This document shows, piece by piece, positions 33,333 to 44,114 of a DNA stretch of 64,000 nucleotides. A program made the translations under genes and the position numbers. Source of the DNA: an uncultured delta proteobacterium (GTDB taxonomy: Bacteria > Desulfobacterota > Syntrophia > Syntrophales > UBA2185); NCBI GenBank assembly GCA_963695875.1, contig CAVOID010000009.1, positions 64,001-128,000 on the forward strand. Reading direction: 5' to 3'. Within the stretch, counting starts at the first letter, position 1; each line of letters starts with the position of its first letter. A model generated the notes under the pieces. That model worked only from the letters and a program-made list of their open reading frames with translations, was not told where the DNA came from and made no database searches.

Positions 33333-34171
33333 AAAATCCCTTTAAATCGAAACTGGAAACACGGAAACACAGGCTGAAAAGACGTTCAAAGCAATTTATC
33401 CAAGAGATGTTGCATACAACTCTGTTGATAGGCGTTATTTTGACAATTACATCAGTGATGATCTTTGCTTACAATTTCATAATAACTTCCCCGTACTTTC
33501 AGATTAAAGAAACTGTTGTCCAGGGCTGCAAAGAACTTACGGAAAAAGAAGTCCTTTCACTGGCCGCAATCAGGCCATCTCAAAGTCTCCTGGCAATTAA
33601 TCCGGCTGCAATCGCCCGCAGAATAGAAGCAAATCCATGGGTCAAACAAGTTTTAATAGGGAAGGAGCTTCCCAACCGTTTGATTATAGAGGTACACGAA
33701 AGAACGGCGGTGGCCTTAGTTAAAAGTGATAACGGCATCAGCCTGCTGGATCTCGATGGGGTTACCTTTAAAAAGCTCGAAAACAGTGACGAAGCCGATA
33801 TCCCGGTGCTGAACGGATGTTATTCGGAGAGCAGCGATTCTGTGCTTTTTGCAAAATCCCTTGAACTCCTCCAATATCTTTCAACTGCGAAAGAGTTCCC
33901 GACTATAAAGAACATCTCTGAAATTCACGGTCACGATATATTCGGGCTTTCTCTTTTTACTGACAGCGGGCTGTGCATCCGGTTAGGCTTTGACAGTTAT
34001 GAAAATAAATTTAAACGACTGGCCACCGTTATGGCCGACCTGGAAAGAAGGAACATGAAATTGGGATTTTTGCTTATCGACCTTAACGATCCCGCTAAAA
34101 TTACTGTGCAGAAAAGAAATGTGCTAGGTCCCATGATACCGGCAGGTTCAAAGAAAAAATATAGAACATGA
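33329..34171 (+). CDS. ftsQ: FtsQ/DivIB
   Basis: Single TM, POTRA (NPWV...PNRL), between murB and ftsA. Confidence 0.88.
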   Translation: MKNPFKSKLETRKHRLKRRSKQFIQEMLHTTLLIGVILTITSVMIFAYNFIITSPYFQIKETVVQGCKELTEKEVLSLAAIRPSQSLLAINPAAIARRIEANPWVKQVLIGKELPNRLIIEVHERTAVALVKSDNGISLLDLDGVTFKKLENSDEADIPVLNGCYSESSDSVLFAKSLELLQYLSTAKEFPTIKNISEIHGHDIFGLSLFTDSGLCIRLGFDSYENKFKRLATVMADLERRNMKLGFLLIDLNDPAKITVQKRNVLGPMIPAGSKKKYRT

Positions 34172-34224
34172 CATCCAGGATAACAGCTATGGTCCTAATG
34201 TAAATGAGGAAAGGTAAGTTAAGG

Positions 34225-35451
34225 ATGGCAAAGAAAGCACACGTAATTGTCGGCCTCGATTTAGGCACTACAAAAACCTGTGCCATAGTGGCTGAAATTA
34301 CGGATACGGGCATCGACATTATCGGGATAGGCTCCCATCCTTCGGAAGGTTTGAGAAAGGGCGTTGTAGTTAATATTGAAAGCACGGTAGAGGCAATCAG
34401 AAAGGCCGTTGAAGAAGCTGAACACATGTCAGGCTGTGAAATAAGCTCTGTACATGTGGGCATTGCCGGAGGGCACATAAAAGGACAAAACAGTCTCGGT
34501 ATCGTGGCCGTTAAAGGTCGCGAGGTTGATGAGGAAGATGTGCAGAGGGCGATTGAAGCATCAAAAGCCATCGCAATTCCCCTGGACAGGGAGATTTTGC
34601 ACACCCTGCCGCAGAATTATGTGGTTGACGACCAGAACGGCATCAGAGACCCGATCGGAATGTCCGGCGTTCGGCTTGAAGCTAAGGTACATATCGTAAC
34701 CGGTTCTGTTACGTCCGTACAGAATATTGTGAAATCGGTCAACCGCGTTGGACTGGAAATAGAAGACATTGTCCTTGAACAGCTTGCATCGAGTGAAGCG
34801 GTGCTTAGTGCCGATGAAAAGGATTTGGGAGTGGTCCTCTTGGACATCGGCGGCGGAACTACGGATATCGCTGTTTTTTCTGATGGAAGTATAAAGCATA
34901 CCGCCGTACTGCCGGTAGGGGGCAATTACGTCACAAGTGATATTGCAACCGGATTGAGAACACCTCTTACAGAAGCGGAAAAGATCAAAATAAAGTACGG
35001 ATGTTCCTTCACTTCTATGATACCGAAGGATGAGATCATAGAGGTTCCCAGTGTGGGCGGACGAGAACCGAGAGAAGTTACCCGTCAGATTCTCGGCAGG
35101 ATTATTGAGCCTCGGACCGAGGAGATCCTGAATTTGGCTTACAAGGAAATTATTAAATCAGGTTACGAAGACATTCTTGCTGCCGGTGTAGTTTTAACCG
35201 GAGGGACCTCCATCATGGAAGGAATCACAGAGTTGGCAGAGCACGTTTTTAATATGCCTGTAAGAAGGGGCTGTCCGACAGGAGTAGGAGGGTTGACAGA
35301 TGTAGTGAACTCTCCCATGTACGCAACAGGTGTGGGACTTGTTATTTATGGAAGTAAAACTCTATCCAAAGATACCCTGAGAAAGGCTGAAACAAATATA
35401 TTCAGCAAAACAACAAATAAAATTAAAAAATGGTTTTTAGAATTCTTTTAA
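34225..35451 (+). CDS. ftsA: FtsA (alternative start 34204)
   Basis: GLDLGT, DIGGGTT, VLTGG, YATGVGL. Confidence 0.97.
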   Translation: MAKKAHVIVGLDLGTTKTCAIVAEITDTGIDIIGIGSHPSEGLRKGVVVNIESTVEAIRKAVEEAEHMSGCEISSVHVGIAGGHIKGQNSLGIVAVKGREVDEEDVQRAIEASKAIAIPLDREILHTLPQNYVVDDQNGIRDPIGMSGVRLEAKVHIVTGSVTSVQNIVKSVNRVGLEIEDIVLEQLASSEAVLSADEKDLGVVLLDIGGGTTDIAVFSDGSIKHTAVLPVGGNYVTSDIATGLRTPLTEAEKIKIKYGCSFTSMIPKDEIIEVPSVGGREPREVTRQILGRIIEPRTEEILNLAYKEIIKSGYEDILAAGVVLTGGTSIMEGITELAEHVFNMPVRRGCPTGVGGLTDVVNSPMYATGVGLVIYGSKTLSKDTLRKAETNIFSKTTNKIKKWFLEFF

Positions 35452-35466
35452 AGAGGAGGTAGGGTC

Positions 35467-36615
35467 ATGTTTCAATTGATGGAGCCAGATACAATGAATT
35501 CGGCGAAGATTAAGGTAATCGGCATAGGAGGTGCGGGAGGCAATGCAGTGAACACCATGATTGCATGCAGCCTTAAAGGTGTCGACTTCATCGCGGCAAA
35601 TACAGACGCCCAAGCCTTAGGAGCATCCATTTCGCCCATCAAGATTCAGATCGGCGCTGAGGTCACCAAGGGACTAGGAGCCGGTTCAGATCCTGACGTA
35701 GGAAGAAGGTCGGCCATTGAAACAAAAGATCTATTAAGGGAGACCCTCGACAGGGCGGATATGGTCTTTATCACCGCCGGCCTGGGTGGCGGTACGGGTA
35801 CCGGTGGCGCACCCATAGTGGCAGAAATCGCCAAAGAACTCGGAATCCTCACCGTTGCCGTTGTTACAAAACCCTTCCTCTTTGAAGGCAAAAAAAGGAA
35901 TACGCAGGCGGAAGAAGGCATTACAGAATTGAGAAAGATTGTGGATACCCTCATCGTTGTTCCCAACCAAAGACTTCTCAGCCTGGGGGGGAAAAATCTT
36001 TCACTTCTGGAAGCCTTCAAGAAAGCGGATGATATTTTGTACCATGCTGTAAAGGGAATCTCTGATCTAATCATGATTCCCGGTCTGATCAACCTCGACT
36101 TCGCCGATGTAAAAACTATCATGTCTGAGATGGGAATGGCGCTAATGGGAACTGGAATTGCGAGAGGTGATAACAGGGCAGTGGAAGCCGCCCAGAAGGC
36201 AATATCTTCTCCGCTGCTTGAAGACAATACCATCCAGGGTGCTCACGGCATCCTTCTTAATATCACAGGAGGTGCCGACATGACTCTTTTTGAAATCAAT
36301 GAGGCATCATCTTTAATTCAGTCGGAAGCCCATGAGGATGCGAATATAATCTTCGGAACTGTCGTAGATGAGAATATGGGAGACGAAATACGTATCACCG
36401 TCATAGCAACGGGCTTCGAGGCAGAAAAACATAAGCCGGTGATGAAAAATGTCTCGCGCATGGGATCTCATAAAAGAGAGGATCTCTCCATGCCCGCCTA
36501 TCTGAGGCATGAAAAACCCATTGAGAATGTCAACGTGGTCAAAATGGGAATAGTCGATGACATAGATCATCTCGATCTTGAGATACCGACATTTCTGAGA
36601 AGACAGGCAGATTGA
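35467..36615 (+). CDS. ftsZ: FtsZ
   Basis: GGGTGTG tubulin signature; C-terminal [12 protein letters not shown]. Confidence 0.99.
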   Translation: MFQLMEPDTMNSAKIKVIGIGGAGGNAVNTMIACSLKGVDFIAANTDAQALGASISPIKIQIGAEVTKGLGAGSDPDVGRRSAIETKDLLRETLDRADMVFITAGLGGGTGTGGAPIVAEIAKELGILTVAVVTKPFLFEGKKRNTQAEEGITELRKIVDTLIVVPNQRLLSLGGKNLSLLEAFKKADDILYHAVKGISDLIMIPGLINLDFADVKTIMSEMGMALMGTGIARGDNRAVEAAQKAISSPLLEDNTIQGAHGILLNITGGADMTLFEINEASSLIQSEAHEDANIIFGTVVDENMGDEIRITVIATGFEAEKHKPVMKNVSRMGSHKREDLSMPAYLRHEKPIENVNVVKMGIVDDIDHLDLEIPTFLRRQAD

Positions 36616-36642
36616 AGGAGAAGACTTCTAATCCGTAATTGC

Positions 36643-36791
36643 AGAATCCTGAAAAATTAAGCTCGCTGCATTCATTTAGCGAGGTGAAAATACGAAATTC
36701 TAAACAATATCAAAAATCAAAAGGATCAAAGCATTTAGATTTTCAATTTTTTGAATTTGTTTAGGATTTAGAAATTAGGATTTTGGATTCT
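36643..36791. repeat. AT-rich long-hairpin element built of ~7-bp units
   Basis: Ends AGAATCC / GGATTCT; inner arms AAATTCTAAACAA (36695-36707) / TTGTTTAGGATTT (36757-36769). Confidence 0.6.
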
Positions 36792-38496
36792 ATGTCCTGG
36801 AAACTTGAAAGAAAATATAATGATTTCTTAGCTGATGAAGACAGGACATCAGAAAAAGATCTGGGGAGAACTGCTCACAGTATGTCTTGCTTACCCGAGT
36901 TACTATCGAACAGGGATGTCTAACCTTGGGCTGCATACCATTTATTCATTGATAAACCATCAATCATCGTATCTTTGCGAACGAGCCTTTCTTCCCGAAC
37001 CCGGGGATGAAGCTTTATTCACTCTGGGATCAATCCCCCTCTTCAGCCTGGAGTCACAGAAGCCCCTCACCGAATTCGACATCATCGCTTTCTCAATCCC
37101 CTTTGAAAACGATTATCCCAACATTTTGAAAATGTTGACCATGGCGGGGATTGCCCTTTCTGCCCGGGAGAGAAGGGAAACGGAGCCATTAATCATCGGC
37201 GGCGGCGTTTCAGCAACCCTGAATCCGGAACCGCTGGCGGATTTTTTTGACCTTTTTTTACTGGGAGAGGGAGAAGAAGTTCTACCGGAATTTCTCACTC
37301 TCTTCGAAGATCACCGCCGACTCGGCCTCAACCGGAGTGAACTCCTCTTTCGCGTTCAGAAAGAGACAGAGGGAGCTTACGTTCCAAAGTATTATAAGGT
37401 AAATTACAAGGCAGACCATCTCATAGAAAATATTGAACCCGTAGATGCCTCATTCCCCGAAAAGATAAAGACAAGGCATATCTCAGACATCAACACCTTC
37501 ACGACCGATCAATGTATCAGCGCCCACATCGCGGAATTCAAGGAAGTATTTTTAACTGAAATAAGCCGCGGATGTCAGCGCGGATGCCGCTTTTGCGCGG
37601 CAGGATTCTTATATCGACCCGCAAGATTCAGAAACTTGGCGACACTCGAGTCATCATTTAACCGGGGAATAGAGGGGCAAAAAAAGATCGGGCTCCTTGG
37701 CACGGCGGTTTCCGATCATCCGGACCTGCATGCCCTTTGCCGTTATATTATTAATCATAAGGGTAATGTGGCTATCGGCTCGTTCAGACTGGATCGACTT
37801 GACAGCGAATTGGTTTCCCTGCTTCAAGAATTGCATGTCGAGACTTTGTCTCTGGCGCCGGAGGCAGGCAGCCAGCGTCTAAGAAATGTCATCCACAAGG
37901 GTATAACAGATGAAGACATCATGAACGCTGTTGGATTGCTCATTAAACATGGAATTGTCAATATCAGGCTTTATTTCATGGTCGGCCTGCCTACCGAAAC
38001 GGATGGAGATATTGAGGCCATCATTGATCTGATCAAAAAGATAAAACATCATGCCATGAAATTATCGGCGGGAAAAAGAAGGTTCAAAAGAATTACCCTT
38101 AGCATCAATCAGTTCATCCCCAAACCCGCTACACCTTTTCAGTGGCATCCCCTGGAAGAAATTAATATAGTAAGAAAGAAGCTGAGAAAAATTGATAGTA
38201 CCCTGCGCAAGGAACCGTCCGTGAAGGTTATTCACGATCTCCCGAAATGGAACTACATACAGGCGCTGTTTTCCCTCGGTGACAGAAAGGTCAGCGAGAT
38301 ACTTCTCTCAGCTCATAATAATAACGGCAACTGGCCGAAGGCTTTTAAAGAAGTAAACGTGAATCCGGACTTCTACGTCTATCGTTACAAGAATACTGAT
38401 GAGATACTGCCGTGGGACTTTATTGACCACGGAATCAGCAAACAGTACCTCATTGCACAGTACAAGAAAGCTATGGAAAACGGTACGCACCTGTAA
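36792..38496 (+). CDS. Radical SAM protein with N-terminal B12-binding-like domain (frameshift near 36840)
   Basis: YPSYYRTGMSNLG, CERAFLP, NPEPLADF, GCQRGCRFC, APEAGSQRLR, LPWDFID; ATG 36792 (MSWKLERKY...) joins the ORF by one indel. Confidence 0.88.
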
Positions 38497-38593
38497 GGAA
38501 AACAATATGAAAAAACTTTCTATTCCGATTCCTGGTTCGTCAGCAGTGTATCTGGTCGGAGAAAATGTAATTCACAACCTCTGTAAACTGTGA

Positions 38594-39304
38594 ATGAGTT
38601 TTAAGAGTGGCTTTATGAAAAGGTTGTTTTTATACATCATTTGCGCTACCTGTTTTTTTTACACATCGTCATCAGGTGCACATGATAAATCTTCAGGCTG
38701 GTTAGACAAGGGCGTGGCACTAGTAATGGAGGGTAAGTATAATGAGGCAATAAAAGCCTTTGACAAAGCTATAGAGCTGAATCCCAGAGATGCAGTTGCT
38801 TACAATAACAGGGGAGCCGCCTATGGGCAAATAGGAAACTACAAGCAACAGATCGATGACTCCAATAAAGCCATTGAGTTAAATCCTAAAGACGCTGTGG
38901 CCTATAATAACCGTGGAGTTGCTTACGGGGAGCTGGGCAGCTATGAACAGGAAATTGAAGATTGCAGTAAAGCCATCGAGATCAATCCCAATCTGGCTGT
39001 TGCTTACTACCACAGGGGAATTGCCTATTATAAATTAGGCAACCGTAAACAAGCTGCAAAGGATAAAAACAAAGCTTATGCGCTGAATCCAAAAAGATCC
39101 TGGGGTAAGGTAGAGATCATGACATCTGAATCAATTGCACCGTCAAATGATGAAAGCAAAATCAAAGTAATCGGAAATCGTGACAGTAAGCGTTATCATC
39201 TTCCGGGAATGATGTACTATGACAAGGTCAAGGCCTATCACCGCGTTATATTCAACTCGGAAAAAGAAGCAATAAAGGCTGGATATCATAAGGCCAGCCA
39301 ATAA
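38594..39304 (+). CDS. Secreted TPR protein with C-terminal Ada-metal-binding-like domain
   Basis: Signal-like N-terminus, repeated KAIELNPxDAVAYNNRG, C-terminal GNRDSKRYHLPG...SEKEAIKAGY. Confidence 0.75.
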   Translation: MSFKSGFMKRLFLYIICATCFFYTSSSGAHDKSSGWLDKGVALVMEGKYNEAIKAFDKAIELNPRDAVAYNNRGAAYGQIGNYKQQIDDSNKAIELNPKDAVAYNNRGVAYGELGSYEQEIEDCSKAIEINPNLAVAYYHRGIAYYKLGNRKQAAKDKNKAYALNPKRSWGKVEIMTSESIAPSNDESKIKVIGNRDSKRYHLPGMMYYDKVKAYHRVIFNSEKEAIKAGYHKASQ

Positions 39305-39364
39305 TTAAATAGGCATTTTGCTCGGACTTACAGCTATCGTGCTGCTTACTTATAGGTCAATGCG

Positions 39365-40150
39365 ATGAACACCTTCAAGATTTCCACATACAACGTAAAT
39401 TCTATCAGATCGCGGCTTCACATCATCATTCCATGGCTTAAAAAAAATCGTCCTGATGTCCTTTGCATGCAGGAAACTAAGGTTGAAGACGGGAAATTTC
39501 CGGTCATTGAGTTTGAGGATGCCGGCTATCACATAATTTTTAAAGGAGAAAAACGTTATAATGGTGTGGCGGTTGCATCCCTGGAAAAACCAAAGGAAGT
39601 CTCTTTCGGCCTTGACGACGGCGGCCCTCCCGATAAGGACCGTCTGATCAAAGGTGTATTTTCAGGAATACCTGTATTGAATACCTATGTCCCCCAGGGG
39701 CATGACCGGGAAAGTCCGCAGTTTGCATACAAACTCAACTGGTTCAAGCGCCTAAGGACGTTTCTGGAAAAATCACATTCCTCCGATAAGCCGTTAATCT
39801 GGTGCGGCGATCTCAACGTGGCGCCGGAAGCCATAGACGTGCATAATCCCAAACGGCTGCTGGGCCATGTCTGTTTCACACCGGAGGTATGGGAGGCATT
39901 TGCTCTGGTAAAGTCATGGGGATTCACCGATCTTTTCAGAAAATTCCACCCCGGTGAAGCCGGCTACTATACATTCTTCGACTACCGTGTGCCAAAATCC
40001 GTTGAAAGAGGTCTGGGATGGCGGGTCGACCATATCCTCGCGACACTACCCCTGGCTGCAAAATCGGCAAACTGCTCAATCGATATGAACACAAGGCAAG
40101 CCGAGAAACCATCCGATCATACTTTGCTTGTCGCCGAATTCAAGCTATGA
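39365..40150 (+). CDS. xth: Exodeoxyribonuclease III
   Basis: YNVNSIR, QETK, YNGVA, GDLNVA, GWRVDHI, PSDH. Confidence 0.96.
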   Translation: MNTFKISTYNVNSIRSRLHIIIPWLKKNRPDVLCMQETKVEDGKFPVIEFEDAGYHIIFKGEKRYNGVAVASLEKPKEVSFGLDDGGPPDKDRLIKGVFSGIPVLNTYVPQGHDRESPQFAYKLNWFKRLRTFLEKSHSSDKPLIWCGDLNVAPEAIDVHNPKRLLGHVCFTPEVWEAFALVKSWGFTDLFRKFHPGEAGYYTFFDYRVPKSVERGLGWRVDHILATLPLAAKSANCSIDMNTRQAEKPSDHTLLVAEFKL

Positions 40151-40167
40151 CTAAGGAGAGAAGATAA

Positions 40168-40704
40168 ATGAAGGACAATGTTGAAATCCTGGAAAAAAAC
40201 GAAGAGATCGCCCGAAAATTCCAAAAGATCGAAGACAATATTCCCTCCTTCCTCAATGTGAAAGACCTGTTTGAAAAACTTATCATCCAGATCCAGGAGG
40301 AATTCACTATTCCGTTTGTATGGATTTCTATCGTCAATGAACGCGATTTATCAAGCCTGGTTCAGGCGCTGAAATCCTCACAAATTCTGAAGGAACGTTT
40401 AAACATCATAGAACGGAGCACGTTCTTAAATCTCGTCGCAAACAGCACGAAGCCCATGCTCGCCAATAATCACCTGCAATCTTTTTATAAACTCCTGCCG
40501 CTCAAAAGGAAATATTTTATCAAGTCCGTTGCCGTTGCCCCTATAACCCTCAACAACGAGATTATCGGCAGCATAAATTACGGGGATTCCTCCAGCCTCC
40601 GCTACCAGCCGGGTATGGACACATGCCTGCTTGAAAAAATGGTCTCGAATATATCCGCCCGCCTGTCAGGCATCATGACGGCTTCCAAGCAAAAGACGAA
40701 ATAA
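40168..40704 (+). CDS. DUF484 / GAF-like protein
   Basis: ENEEI-like N-terminus; SVAVAPI...GSINYGD..RYQPGMDTCLL. Confidence 0.7.
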   Translation: MKDNVEILEKNEEIARKFQKIEDNIPSFLNVKDLFEKLIIQIQEEFTIPFVWISIVNERDLSSLVQALKSSQILKERLNIIERSTFLNLVANSTKPMLANNHLQSFYKLLPLKRKYFIKSVAVAPITLNNEIIGSINYGDSSSLRYQPGMDTCLLEKMVSNISARLSGIMTASKQKTK

Positions 40705-40722
40705 GCAGAGCTGATCGATACC

Positions 40723-43063
40723 TTACTCATCCATCACACCCTTTAACAGCGGGGAAATGCCGTCATGGACAAAAGCCTCTATTTCATCGGCATCATCCAT
40801 CGAAAGCACGCGCGTCAGATCCTCCTTTGACTGCACCTGTTCTACGTTCCTGATCAGATGCTTGATAACCGGCACTGAAGGTGCATTCATGCTCAATTGG
40901 TCTATGCCCATCCCCATGTATAGGTAAGCACATTTGGGATTTGCTGCTGCTTCACCACAAATAACTACAGGCTTATCTTGTCTATTACAAACTGAAGCAA
41001 TCTCCAAAATAGTGGCTATCACGGCAGGATGGAGGGGGTTATATATCGGCGCTACCTTTTGATTATTTCTATCCACAGCCAGCACAAACTGGACCAAATC
41101 ATTTGTCCCGACACTGACAAAATCGGCATACCGAAGCAGCTTTTCCAAAATAACGACGGCTGCCGGCACCTCAAGAAGGATTCCTACTTTGATTGTATCA
41201 TTAAACGGAATGCGCCTTCTCCCGTAAACGCACCTTTTCTTCGTTTAAGATTGAATGAATATCTTTCATTTCTCTGACTGAGGATATCATGGGGAACAGT
41301 ACCTTTAAAGAGCCGAAGGGTGATGCCCTTAAAATGGCCCGTATCTGCTCCCTGAAAACATCTCTAAGCTCGAGGGACACCCGGATGGACCTCCAGCCCA
41401 GATAGGGGTTATCCTCTCTGGGATAATCCAGGTAGGACAGAAATTTGTCGCCACCCACGTCGAGTGTACGAATGGTGACTTCCTTCCCTTTGGCCGCCTC
41501 AAGAATCCGCTTGTACAGATCTACCTGCTCATCCTCAGAGGGAAAGCGCTCCCTTACCAGAAAGGGAAATTCTGTTCTGTAAAGGCCGATATGATCAGCC
41601 CCATATTTTTCAACTAGTTCAAAGTCGGATAAAAGTCCGATATTCGCACCAAGCTTGACTTCAAAACCATCCCGCGTCTGAGGCTTCAAGTGTTTTAGGA
41701 TTTCAAGTCTTCCGACCTGCCTTGACTTTTCATCTTCAAGCCGCCGATATTCCCGGATGATGATTTCCGACGGGTTATGGAAGATAAGACCTGATGTGCC
41801 GTCGACAATTAATAAATCATTCTCCTGAATCTCCCTGAACATCACCCTGGAAATAATGACCATAGGTATTTCAAAGGACCTTGCCAGAATTGCCACATGG
41901 GATGTTTCACCGCCTTTTGATAAGATAATGCCCTTAAGGTTCTCCTGCCTGAGCATGATCAGCTCACCGGGAGAAATGCTTGATGCAATTATGATAGTCT
42001 TTCTTGCAAATCTCCTGGGTTCATCATCTTCAAGACCGAGGAGATTTTTTAATATACGTCTCCCGACATTTTCGATATCGGAGCCCCTGTCCCGCAGATA
42101 GTGATCCTCTATTTTGGAAAAGACCCTTACATAGTCTAAAATGACCTCTTTTAAGGCATATTCTGCAGCGTACCTCTGTTTGATATAATTAATCACTTTG
42201 TTTTTCAGACCGCTATCACGGATATACATAAGGTACGTATGGAAGATATCTTCATCTCCGGAGGAGAGCTCGGATTTTACGTCATTGCACAGCCGCTCGA
42301 TCTGCGCTTCGGACCGTTTCAGGGCATTTTCAAGCCTGCTTATCTCATGATCCACATCATCGGCTTCATGAAAATATACATCGGAAAATCCGATTGAATC
42401 CCTAAGATAATGGGTGTGACCATCCCCGAATCCTGCAGACACAGGTATCCCTTTCAAGAGTTCCTTCTTTACTACTCTGGATGCCGTTTCTCTTCGTGAG
42501 CCTAAAAACCACTTCGATGTCTCGTCCGTTTTTTCGGTCTTATTTTTCATGTCTCTCAAAAGATTCGCATAGGCCGCCTCACTTGCTATCTGGGATGAGA
42601 TCATTGAAAATACGGAAATATCCAATTCGCCTATAGCAGTTTCCTCCACAGTCTGAATAACTAAAACTCCAAGGGCTTCACCATGATAAACAAGCGGAAG
42701 CCCCAGGAAACTATGGTACTTTTCTTCGCCGCTGCCTGCGAAATACTTGTATCTAGGATGACGCGCCGGATTTTTTACAAATACAGGCCTCATCTCCTCG
42801 ATGACGAGCCCGGTCAAGCCTTCGTTGAGATTCATGTATATCTTTCCTACCATTTCCTCGCTCAAACCAACTGTAGCAACGAGTGACAGACATTTCCTGT
42901 CTTTATCGAATACATAGATGGAACAAACATCAACGCAAAATTTTTCGGCAATAAGCCTGACAATTTTTCGAAGCGTCTCTGACGGACCGCTAGAACCGGT
43001 GATGATCCTCCCCACATCTTCGATTATAGATATGCCTCTCTCTTTAAACGCTTGTTTACTCAT
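40723..43063 (-). CDS. ptsP: GAF-domain PEP-protein phosphotransferase (EI-Ntr), frameshift near 41210
   Basis: N-terminal GAF, phospho-His motif GGETSHVAILARS, GLYRTEF, RTLDVGGDK, SVGTNDLVQ, CGEAA. Confidence 0.94.
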
Positions 43064-43593
43064 ATTTCAGATATCCATACATTCTTTTTTTGGCCATCAT
43101 CTCACGCCATTCTTTGAAAGCTAGCATGGGTAAAGGCATTTAACAATTACTTTTGACTGGCTCTGCTATAGTTATTGAAAGACAGGGAGTCATTGCCTTA
43201 TGCACTTGAAGGTTCCTGATAACAGTCGATAGTAATCTTCAAATTTATCGTCCAAGAAAGAAAAGACAACTCACATCCCGGTCAATACACTCTTCTTTAT
43301 TTATCGGCATTAAATTCTTCCGATCCGTCCCTTTACCCATCTTTTCCAGTTTACCAATCCGGTAGTGCAATTCAGCAAGCTCTTTTAAAATCCGGCATCT
43401 CGCAAAACTTTCTTCTCCCATCATGCAAACCTCAAGAACATAAAAAATTTTTCGACAAACCACAAACAGCAATCCACCTGTAAATTTTAAGTGACTGAAT
43501 CTGACGGCATCGATCTTATTTGCAGACACTTTGTATCAGGATTTTAAGCAGAAACTGCAGGTGAAATTTCGCCGTGACGTTTATTAGCATCAC

Positions 43594-43779
43594 TCAAGAA
43601 TTGCCTTTAAAATACCGTATGATAGTATTATAAAGAACTAAATCGTCGCTCTCTAATCTATATAGTTCATCTAAATTACCTTTAAAAAATTTATTATTAG
43701 CAGATAAAATTGAAGCTTCAAGAAAAATCGATGACTCCTTGTCCTTATTCAAAAACGTTTTATCAGCTTCCTGTCTCAC
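43594..43779 (-). CDS. Small hypothetical protein
   Basis: GTG start with AGGAG 5 nt upstream; 61 aa; no recognisable motif. Confidence 0.35.
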   Translation of the reverse strand: MRQEADKTFLNKDKESSIFLEASILSANNKFFKGNLDELYRLESDDLVLYNTIIRYFKGNS

Positions 43780-44114
43780 GACTGCTCCTGTCTCTTAGTA
43801 TTCGCCTTATCCAGTTATGTGGAAGAAATTCCGACAACCATCAGATATTACTTTTTATGAATTTTATTTATATTAGATCAATTAAACTCTTTAATCAATA
43901 CGAATAGATTATATGTAAAATACGAGGTAAAACCTTGTATTGTAATAATATGAAATGTACCGTTGATAGCACAGGATTTCCCCGTCAGTAATATATTTAT
44001 GCAAGGAAAGCCCCGTGTATTATGCTCTCGGTTAATCAAGCAATCCTTTACCCTAAGGATAATTCGTGATACAAAAATTTAAAATAATTACGGAAAGGGC
44101 AATCAGCCGAAATA

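Noticed and set aside
34101..36233. Long antisense ORFs over ftsA and ftsZ (also 48676-49344, 56652-57142, 61710-62285)
   Set aside because: Shadow frames of well-supported genes on the other strand, with no independent motifs
43245..43529. 94-aa ORF with ELAELHYRIGKLE resembling sensor-kinase N-terminal coils
   Set aside because: The match is too short and no further domain follows; at most a remnant
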